Positions 1 through 6,074 of a DNA stretch of 46,407 nucleotides are shown here, piece after piece. Position 1 is the stretch's first letter. The number at the start of each line of letters is the position of its first letter. The translations under genes and the position numbers were made by a program. The stretch is from Candidatus Faecisoma merdavium. GTDB lineage: Bacteria; Bacillota_I; Bacilli_A; RF39; UBA660. The stretch is from contig DVJX01000042.1 of assembly GCA_018716405.1 (NCBI GenBank), forward strand, positions 1 through 46,407. Reading direction: 5' to 3'. The notes beneath the pieces are model-generated. The model saw only the letters and a program-made list of their open reading frames with translations. It did no database searches and was not told the origin of the DNA.

Positions 1-1
1 A

Positions 2-187
2 TATAATTTGGAAATGGTCAGAATAATGAAAGAAAAATCAAATAAGCCAAAAGATGTAGTTGATATAAAGGTAATAGATGAATACGGATATAATGAGAAA
101 AAATACGATGATTTAAAAATTAAAACTAATAATATGAAGTTTAAAATTTTTCCTAAAAGTAAGATTTTAAGATTATTTATAAAATAA
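2..187 (+). CDS. 3' end of an unidentified protein gene running off the left edge
   Basis: Open frame from the window edge (YNLEMVRIMKEKSNKPKDVVDIKVIDEYGYNEKKYDDLKIKTNNMKFKIFPKSKILRLFIK) ending at TAA 185-187. No motif recognised. Confidence 0.35.
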   Translation, partial: YNLEMVRIMKEKSNKPKDVVDIKVIDEYGYNEKKYDDLKIKTNNMKFKIFPKSKILRLFIK

Positions 188-213
188 ATTACAGGTTGAA
201 AGTGAGTTATAAA

Positions 214-621
214 ATGGAAAATGTAAAAAAAGAAGAACTAAATAAATTAATTGGAATTAATAAAACTAATATTTTTTATGATATGGTTGATGTAATATCT
301 TCATTATATGATATGGATCAGAGTTGGAATAATGGTGGTAAAAAATGGACTTACGAATATAAATTCAGAAAAAGTGGAAAAACTTTATGTGCCTTTTATT
401 TCAAAGAAGATATGTTAGGCTTTATGATTATTTTTGGTAAAGATGAAAGAATTAAAGTTGAAAAAATAAAAAGCGAACTTTCATCTGATGTACTAGAAAC
501 CTATGATAATGCACAAACATATCACGATGGAAAATGGGTTATGTTTGATATAACTGATAACTCAATATTAGAGGATTTAAAAAAATTACTTTTAATTAAA
601 AGAAAACCGAATAAGAAATAA
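214..621 (+). CDS. DUF3788-like hypothetical protein
   Basis: The ORF track gives 196-621 from an alternative start; the first ATG is at 214 (MENVKKEEL...). The WNNGGKKWTYEYKFRKSGKTLCAFYF ... DGKWVMFDI pattern resembles the DUF3788 family from memory. No catalytic motif. Confidence 0.5.
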   Translation: MENVKKEELNKLIGINKTNIFYDMVDVISSLYDMDQSWNNGGKKWTYEYKFRKSGKTLCAFYFKEDMLGFMIIFGKDERIKVEKIKSELSSDVLETYDNAQTYHDGKWVMFDITDNSILEDLKKLLLIKRKPNKK

Positions 622-696
622 TGCAAATTACAATTTAACGAGCAGATCTATAAAAGAACTTGCTTTTTTTGTGCTATAATAAATATGTAATATTTT

Positions 697-719
697 AGTT
701 GCAAAAATAAAATGCAACT
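697..719. promoter_or_regulatory. Perfect inverted repeat AGTTGCA-N9-TGCAACT upstream of the XRE gene (candidate operator or 5' hairpin)
   Basis: 7-bp arms at 697-703 and 713-719, just downstream of an extended -10-like TGCTATAAT (672-680) and about 60 nt before the ATG at 782. Confidence 0.3.
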
Positions 720-781
720 GAAAATAGATGGAGAATAAAATTATATAATATTAAACTTAATTTGTGAAAGGAGTTAGTCTA

Positions 782-1699
782 ATGAAGTTTGGAGATAATT
801 TAAGACAAATAAGAAAAAGTAAAAAAATGTCGCAAGAACAATTAGCAGAAAAAGTTAATGTAACAAGACAATCAGTTTCAAAATGGGAGAATGGCGAATC
901 ATATCCTGAAATGAATAATATTTTAGAACTATGTAAAATATTTAACTGCAAATTGAATGATCTTGTCCATACTGATATGACAGATATTACTTCATTAGAT
1001 GAAGAAATAGTTATGAATGTTGTTAAGTTTAATGAAAAGAAACAAAAAGAAGTTAAAACATTAAGCAATGTAATTAGCCTAATAGGAAAAATTGGTGCAA
1101 TTGTTTTAAAAGTTGCAATACCATTTATTATATTAGGAATGATATTAGTTCCTTATATAGTTAATAATATTGAAATTAAGGACAATGAAATAGTATTTAA
1201 AACGGACAATATTAAAATTATTGGTGAAAACAAAATTGAAATTCATGATATTATTATTGGTGAGTTTGATATTCAAGATGAAGATTATGATGTTATTGAA
1301 ATGTTTGAAGATAATTCTAATATTAAAATAATTACTTATATTGAAACAGGGTTGGTTTTTTTGTTAGTTGAACTATATATTATGATAATTATATTAGGAT
1401 GTGTAGAAAAATTATTTAATAATATTAAAGATAAAACGACACCGTTTACTTTAGATAATGTAAAATATATTAAAAAGATTTCTTATTTAATAATTGCATT
1501 AATTTTAATTACACCAATATCTGATATTTTGTTTAGTATAATATTAGGTATATCTACTGGTGGAAGCAGTCCATTTGAATTAATGAGTATATTAGAAATT
1601 TTAATTATCTTTAGTATGTCATATATATTTGAATATGGATATGAAATGCAAAAGGATTCACATGCAAGAATGTATAATGAAAAAAATAATAATATATAA
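782..1699 (+). CDS. XRE-family HTH regulator fused to a DUF2975-like multi-pass membrane domain
   Basis: SD GAAAGGAG at 768-775, then ATG 782 (MKFGDNLRQIRKSKKMSQEQLAEKVNVTRQSVSKWENGESYPEMNNILELCKIFNCKLNDLV is a classic Cro/C1 HTH). The C-terminal two thirds are hydrophobic, and the TTPFTLDNVKYIKKISYLIIAL segment is typical of DUF2975. Confidence 0.75.
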   Translation: MKFGDNLRQIRKSKKMSQEQLAEKVNVTRQSVSKWENGESYPEMNNILELCKIFNCKLNDLVHTDMTDITSLDEEIVMNVVKFNEKKQKEVKTLSNVISLIGKIGAIVLKVAIPFIILGMILVPYIVNNIEIKDNEIVFKTDNIKIIGENKIEIHDIIIGEFDIQDEDYDVIEMFEDNSNIKIITYIETGLVFLLVELYIMIIILGCVEKLFNNIKDKTTPFTLDNVKYIKKISYLIIALILITPISDILFSIILGISTGGSSPFELMSILEILIIFSMSYIFEYGYEMQKDSHARMYNEKNNNI

Positions 1700-1723
1700 G
1701 TAATTAATATTAGCTAAAAATAA

Positions 1724-1741
1724 TACAAATTACAATTTGTA
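1724..1741. promoter_or_regulatory. Palindrome TACAAATT-AC-AATTTGTA between the two XRE genes
   Basis: 8-bp arms. The core CAAATTACAATTT (1726-1738) is identical to 624-636, just after the DUF3788 gene stop. A/T-only, so chance similarity is possible. Confidence 0.25.
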
Positions 1742-1836
1742 AAGATATTTTTACATCGAAAATAAACAATGTAAAGGAATTTTGATAGAAAATAAAATGA
1801 TAAAATGATAGAATTTGTCTTGTTAGGAGGAAGAGT

Positions 1837-2043
1837 ATGGAAATTAGTAAATGTATAAAAGATGCTAGACAAAATAATAATATTAGCCAAGAAAGTTTAG
1901 CAAAACAATTAGGAGTTTCAAGACAAACTATATCTAGTTGGGAAAATGGGAAAAGTTATCCTGATCTTGTTAGTATTATTAAAATGAGTGATATATTTAA
2001 TATCTTAATAGCAGGACATTTCTACAATAGGATGTTCTACTAA
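1837..2043 (+). pseudogene. 3'-truncated XRE-family HTH gene
   Basis: SD AGGAGG, then ATG 1837. MEISKCIKDARQNNNISQESLAKQLGVSRQTISSWENGKSYPDLVSIIKMSDIFNI is a complete HTH that breaks off where paralogues (compare 782-1699) continue. The tail LIAGHFYNRMFY is unrelated, and base composition changes just downstream. Confidence 0.55.
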
Positions 2044-2097
2044 AATATATAAAAAAGCTGTAAAAACCCTAAAAAAGGTAGAAAAACCATAAAGAAA

Positions 2098-2430
2098 TCA
2101 TTCTTCTTCGAACCAATCTATATATACAGGTCTAGTATAGCGCTTAATATTTGCTAATAAAGCTACTTTAAAATAAGCGTATAAACATTCAATATCATTT
2201 CCATCCTCATCCTTACAATTATTTCTCTTAATACAACTTATAGTATAACTCGTACACACCAAAACTACGCGAAATTGAAAGTGCTGAAGAATTTCATTAA
2301 AAAACTCTGTCCATAAGTTCAATTCAAACTCAGAAAGAACATCTGTCAGAAGCTTTCTTCGAATTAATTCTGAAACAAACATACTCTTGGGTGTATTTTC
2401 TTTTCTCTTGGAACTTGTAACTTCTTTCAT
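2098..2430 (-). CDS. Hypothetical protein (orphan, G+C-richer islet)
   Basis: 110-aa ORF preceded by a GGTGATAGGAAA-type SD region (2431-2445, reverse complement). No recognisable domain. Confidence 0.45.
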   Translation of the reverse strand: MKEVTSSKRKENTPKSMFVSELIRRKLLTDVLSEFELNLWTEFFNEILQHFQFRVVLVCTSYTISCIKRNNCKDEDGNDIECLYAYFKVALLANIKRYTRPVYIDWFEEE

Positions 2431-2535
2431 TTTCCTATCACCTTTGATTTTGTATTTAAACTTAAATAAAAAAATTAATCAATATTATTTAAACAATTAT
2501 AAATTATTATTATTTTTTAAACAGGAATAGTGAAC

Positions 2536-2564
2536 AAAAAGAAAAGCAACCCGCGATTGGTTGC
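2536..2564 (-). terminator. Rho-independent terminator after the 2587-3057 gene
   Basis: The minus strand reads GCAACC-AATCGCG-GGTTGC followed by TTTTCTTTTT. Confidence 0.6.
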
Positions 2565-2586
2565 TATAAATAGTAAAACAGTAAGA

Positions 2587-3057
2587 CTAGTAATATACTT
2601 CATTGTTCTTAGTTAGAATTATATTAATTAAAGAATCAGAATAAATATCAATATCAAGTAATGTACATAGCCTAACAGGATCCGGTGCATCAAGTGGAAC
2701 TTCTGATAAAAGATCCCCATACAGAATTACGTACTCGGTGTCTTTTATAATATCAATTAACTCCTCATAACTTCCTTTAACATTGTTAGCATCATAGATG
2801 ATTTTCCAAATCTTAGTATAGAGCTCACGATTATAAAGGGTAAATACTTTCTTATCATGCTTAAATCTGATAACGTTACCGGTTACTGAATCGCTTGGAA
2901 CGCTTAAACTAAGCTTAACCAAAGATTCTAATTCTTGTAACGCGTTATCAGTTAAGTAAAATAAAATTTTCTTACCAACGCTATAACGCACTTCACCATC
3001 AGCATAAACGGTTACTGCATGCTTACCTTTGATTCTTAAAATCCAATCTTTATCCAT
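2587..3057 (-). CDS. Hypothetical protein (orphan, G+C-richer islet)
   Basis: 156-aa ORF with SD GAAGGAGTAA just upstream (3061-3072, reverse complement). No recognisable domain. Confidence 0.5.
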   Translation of the reverse strand: MDKDWILRIKGKHAVTVYADGEVRYSVGKKILFYLTDNALQELESLVKLSLSVPSDSVTGNVIRFKHDKKVFTLYNRELYTKIWKIIYDANNVKGSYEELIDIIKDTEYVILYGDLLSEVPLDAPDPVRLCTLLDIDIYSDSLINIILTKNNEVYY

Positions 3058-3598
3058 ATAAATTACTCCTTCAACATAAAAACTAATTCAAATCATCAAA
3101 TCTTTGCCAGTTTTTAACCAATTGTGGCAATCTTTTCCAATGAGGTAGTAGAAATACCCAATGAAATAAGTTTGAGCAAATTTAAGCAAAATTTTAAGTT
3201 GCTCAACAAAACTGGTATGACTAAACTTTTCGGCATCATCAACTAATTACATATTATAAAACAATAATTAATCAAAAACTTTTCGACACCAACAACAATC
3301 AGTAATCCAAGTGCCAACACACTCAAAGTTTTTGATAAATTATAATTGTTATAATAAAATAATTAATTGAAAAGCCGGAATGATCTCTTTGTCCGCCTTT
3401 TCTCACTAAAAGAATAGGTGTTTATGTATCTGTAATCACTTATAAAAAGATTATCTCTATTGTTCTTACTACTACTATTACTATTACAAGACTTAATGGC
3501 TACTAAAGACTGCTTGTCTGGTCCGATTAATAATTAACCTAGCACTTACAAATAATATTACTTTCAATATAATATATAAAAAACATATAAAATTTTAA

Positions 3599-3622
3599 AA
3601 AAATTAACAAATTATCTCAATA
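3599..3622. repeat. Left copy of the 24-bp target-site duplication of the IS
   Basis: AAAAATTAACAAATTATCTCAATA, identical to 5425-5448. Confidence 0.85.
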
Positions 3623-3626
3623 TGTG

Positions 3627-3729
3627 AATAATTACTAAAAATGTCTCTATTTTTAGTAAACAATAATTAGTGAAAATGTCTCTGTTTTATATTATAGTAA
3701 ATTCGCTAATAATTAGTGAAAACGTCTCT
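3627..3729. repeat. Three subterminal repeats at the transposase-distal IS end
   Basis: AATAATTACTAAAAATGTCTCT (3627-3648), AATAATTAGTGAAAATGTCTCT (3662-3683), AATAATTAGTGAAAACGTCTCT (3708-3729). Confidence 0.8.
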
Positions 3730-3739
3730 TAATAAATTA

Positions 3740-3767
3740 TTGACTTATTTTATAGTTTTAATATAAT
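3740..3767 (+). promoter_or_regulatory. Candidate sigma-A promoter inside the IS, reading antisense toward the transposase 3' end
   Basis: TTGACT (3740-3745), 16-nt spacer, TATAAT (3762-3767). Confidence 0.35.
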
Positions 3768-3775
3768 AATTAATG

Positions 3776-3901
3776 TTACTTGAGGGGATAAGGCAATACT
3801 GAGGAGTAACCTGAGCACTCAAGTAATGCTATACAAAAAAGATTATATTCTTTTTTGGAAGCCCTAAGCGACAAACCTTAGGATTTGGGACAAAGTCCCA
3901 A
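3776..3901. other. Cluster of four hairpins in the IS non-coding tail (candidate structured RNA or 3' UTR)
   Basis: Four stems: TTACTTGAG/CTCAAGTAA (3776-3826), CAAAAAAG/CTTTTTTG (3834-3857), CCTAAG/CTTAGG (3863-3882), TTGGGA/TCCCAA (3885-3901). The last abuts the transposase stop. Confidence 0.3.
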
Positions 3902-3903
3902 GA

Positions 3904-5262
3904 TTAATGTCTGGACATCATATTTTTCCTCCAAGGATGGTTAGCAGGTGGAATATACTTATGATGTTCTTTTTTTATTGTAGTAATTTCTGATTCTTTT
4001 TTCATAATAGAATCTCTATTTTCTAGTTCTAACATTTGATAGTAATGATTTTCTATTTCACCTATATATTCTCCATCATAATCTATTATTAATGTACATT
4101 TTGTTCCTTTTTGAAAATTAATGACTTCTCCAGTTTCTATATCAATAGGAATATAATATTTACGATTGTAACTTATACAAGATGCATTATCGATAATTTT
4201 TTCTTTTCTTTCTGAAATAATTAATTTTAATTCTTCCTCTGTGTAAGTATTTTCTCTCATTAACGATGTTTTATCATCTATAGCATAAGAAAACTTTTTA
4301 TTCATCTTAGGTATAAATACTTTATTTAAATACTTATTTGCTTCATCAATATCAGTTATGTTATTAAGTCTTAATTCAGCAATAAGTCTGTTCTTAAATG
4401 TTTCATTTTCTCTTTCAACATTAGCTTTAGCAGTTGATATACTTGTTGTATATAAAACAATATTCAATTGTTCGCAAACTTTGCCAAACTGTGTCATAAA
4501 CTTCTTTTTTTCTTTATCTTTAGTATTGTTAGCTGAAAATGTACTTCTGTTATCTGCTTTAATTTTTGCAGGTATTCCGTAGTTTATTATTAAATTAAAT
4601 AATACTACATAATAACCTCTGGTTATTTCTTCGAATTCAAACCATCCAAACAAAACTTTCTTTGTAGCCTTATCCACGGCTAAATGTAGATATGATGGTA
4701 TACCACCAAACCACATTTTGTTACAAGCATCCATTTGAATTTCTTCACCGAATACTAATAGATTATTAGATTTTCTAGGGTGAGCTTTTTCTGCTTCTAT
4801 AATTCTTGATTTAAAAAGATCTATTTTCACATCTATGATATTAGAATCAGTTTCTTTAATAATTTCTTTCATTTTATCTTTATATGCTTTAACAGTCTTC
4901 TTGTGTGCAAGTGGTGAAATAATATCATCTTCAGTGAATTTCTTTAACATAGTATCATAAGATATATCATATTTACCAAAAACATAGTCTTCATAAAAAT
5001 GAATAAAGTTAAAATCATAGTATGTTGTTAAATATAATTCTTCAAGTGTTTTAATTATATTAGTATCTTTCTTATTAGGATTTTCTTTTCCTCGGCTTTT
5101 ATGAATAAAACCTTCTTTACCTTCAGAATGATAAATGTTTTTCAACCTGTCTATTTGTTTTAAAGATAAATTAAGTTCTATACTGGCTTCCTTTCTAGTC
5201 ATAAATCCATTGACTACTTTTTCAATGGTTTCATACTTTTTATTTTCTTTATCATTTAACAT
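3904..5262 (-). CDS. ISNCY/IS1202-group DDE transposase
   Basis: 452 aa. The N-terminal HTH (KKYETIEKVVNGFMTRKEASIELNLSLKQIDRLKNIYHSEGKEGFIHKSRGK) matches the ISNCY transposase N-terminal pattern from memory. The rve-like core has IQMDA, KADNRSTF and VERENETFKN. SD AAGGAGG at 5267-5273 (reverse complement). Confidence 0.88.
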   Translation of the reverse strand: MLNDKENKKYETIEKVVNGFMTRKEASIELNLSLKQIDRLKNIYHSEGKEGFIHKSRGKENPNKKDTNIIKTLEELYLTTYYDFNFIHFYEDYVFGKYDISYDTMLKKFTEDDIISPLAHKKTVKAYKDKMKEIIKETDSNIIDVKIDLFKSRIIEAEKAHPRKSNNLLVFGEEIQMDACNKMWFGGIPSYLHLAVDKATKKVLFGWFEFEEITRGYYVVLFNLIINYGIPAKIKADNRSTFSANNTKDKEKKKFMTQFGKVCEQLNIVLYTTSISTAKANVERENETFKNRLIAELRLNNITDIDEANKYLNKVFIPKMNKKFSYAIDDKTSLMRENTYTEEELKLIISERKEKIIDNASCISYNRKYYIPIDIETGEVINFQKGTKCTLIIDYDGEYIGEIENHYYQMLELENRDSIMKKESEITTIKKEHHKYIPPANHPWRKNMMSRH

Positions 5263-5316
5263 AAAAAAACCTCCTTATCATTTATAAAATGACAAAGAGA
5301 TATTTTAATATAAAAT

Positions 5317-5424
5317 AGGGACATTTTCACTAATTATTACATAAATTTTGAATACCAATTCTAATAGAGACATTTTCACTAATTATTTATTTTTTAATTG
5401 GGGACATTTTCAAAAATTTTTCAC
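5317..5424. repeat. Three subterminal repeats at the transposase-proximal IS end, inverted relative to 3627-3729
   Basis: AGGGACATTTTCACTAATTATT (5317-5338), AGAGACATTTTCACTAATTATT (5366-5387), and the terminal GGGGACATTTTCAAAAATTTTTCAC (5400-5424). Confidence 0.8.
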
Positions 5425-5448
5425 AAAAATTAACAAATTATCTCAATA
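5425..5448. repeat. Right copy of the 24-bp target-site duplication
   Basis: AAAAATTAACAAATTATCTCAATA, identical to 3599-3622. Confidence 0.85.
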
Positions 5449-5451
5449 GAA

Positions 5452-5480
5452 TTGACCTAATGTTTAAAAAATGTTATAAT
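5452..5480 (+). promoter_or_regulatory. Near-consensus sigma-A promoter for tRNA-Cys
   Basis: TTGACC (5452-5457), 17-nt spacer ending in TGT, TATAAT (5475-5480). Lies about 48 nt upstream of the tRNA. Confidence 0.6.
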
Positions 5481-5528
5481 TATAAACGTGAAACAAATTC
5501 TGTTTAACACATATAATAAATTAGATAT

Positions 5529-5602
5529 GGGTCCGTAGCCAAGTGGTAAGGCACTGGACTGCAACTCCATGAGCACCGGTTCAAATCCGGTCGGGCCCTC
5601 CA
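5529..5602 (+). tRNA. tRNA-Cys (anticodon GCA), CCA encoded
   Basis: Hand-folded cloverleaf. Acceptor GGGTCCG/CGGGCCC, T arm ACCGG-TTCAAAT-CCGGT, anticodon loop CTGCAAC, discriminator U then CCA. U73 plus GCA are the known CysRS identity elements. Confidence 0.9.
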
Positions 5603-5646
5603 AATTTTGATAATTTAAGTTTTTAAAAAAAATCGATATGAAAAAA

Positions 5647-5670
5647 TGTCACAAAAAGTGTCACAAAAAA
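5647..5670. repeat. Tandem 12-mer TGTCACAAAAAG / TGTCACAAAAAA between tRNA-Cys and its partial copy
   Basis: Direct tandem repeat read from the sequence. Its position between the duplicated tRNA 3' segments suggests recombinase arm-type sites (inference). Confidence 0.35.
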
Positions 5671-5767
5671 TCAAAAATTAACCATAAATAATGACATTTA
5701 ATGAAAATTATTGATAATTAAAACTTTGAAAATAAAGGGATTCAAAAAAATTGGGGATTAGTCTTTA

Positions 5768-5814
5768 GGACTGCAACTCCCCGAGCGTCGGTTCAAGTCC
5801 GGCTGGGCCCTCCA
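5768..5814 (+). pseudogene. 5'-truncated tRNA-Cys fragment (anticodon stem to CCA), att-like scar
   Basis: 47 nt aligning with 5556-5602 with 7 substitutions. The T arm GTCGG-TTCAAGT-CCGGC still pairs, including a compensated A-T to G-C change. No matching 5' acceptor strand or D arm upstream. Confidence 0.8.
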
Positions 5815-5858
5815 ATATGATAGGAAACTCAAATTTTTAGATTTTGAGATTAATAAAA

Positions 5859-5887
5859 GCTAACTAGAAATAGTTAGTATTTTTTTT
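5859..5887 (+). terminator. Rho-independent terminator downstream of the tRNA region
   Basis: CTAACTA-GAAA-TAGTTAG followed by a T run (5879-5887). Confidence 0.6.
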
Positions 5888-6021
5888 AAGAATAGTTGCG
5901 AATATACCATTAACGAAAATAATTAAAAAATTAAAAAAATAAACTTGCAAAAAAATGTAATTGATAAACTAGTCAATAAAAAATTATAAAATTAAATGAT
6001 TTAATAGCTTCATATTATTCT

Positions 6022-6050
6022 TTGACATATTAATAAAATTATGATATAGT
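6022..6050 (+). promoter_or_regulatory. Sigma-A promoter for the 6075 gene
   Basis: TTGACA (6022-6027), 17-nt spacer, TATAGT (6045-6050). SD GGGAGG at 6061-6066. Confidence 0.6.
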
Positions 6051-6074
6051 AATTGACCAAGGGAGGTTTTTATT

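Larger units (their letters stand above)
3623..5424 (-). mobile_element. Complete insertion sequence, ISNCY family, IS1202-like group (1802 bp)
   Basis: A single DDE transposase ORF. Terminal inverted repeats match 19/25. Each end carries three mirrored subterminal 22-nt repeats. A perfect 24-bp direct repeat flanks the element. Confidence 0.85.

Noticed and set aside
3243-3326. 27-codon hydrophobic minus-strand ORF ((M)SVLALGLLIVVGVEKFLINYCFIICN) as a possible type I toxin.
   Set aside because: It needs a TTG start with no SD, no antisense RNA features are evident, and it lies in a stretch that looks like decayed coding DNA.
2046-3588. Shared AATATATAAAAAA at about 2046-2058 and about 3571-3583 as possible direct repeats bounding the G+C-richer islet.
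   Set aside because: A 13-nt A/T-only match is expected by chance in this composition, and there is no integrase or recombinase gene in the islet.
3627-3729. Three regularly spaced 22-nt repeats that could be mistaken for a mini CRISPR array.
   Set aside because: The same motif occurs in inverted orientation at mirrored offsets at 5317-5424. The repeats flank a DDE transposase, and the whole unit is bounded by a target duplication. They are IS subterminal repeats. No cas genes are present.
5638-5691. 17-codon ORF MKKCHKKCHKKSKINHK between tRNA-Cys and its partial copy.
   Set aside because: No SD. The CHKK repeat is simply the translation of the tandem 12-mer TGTCACAAAAAG/TGTCACAAAAAA, which is better read as a DNA-level repeat.
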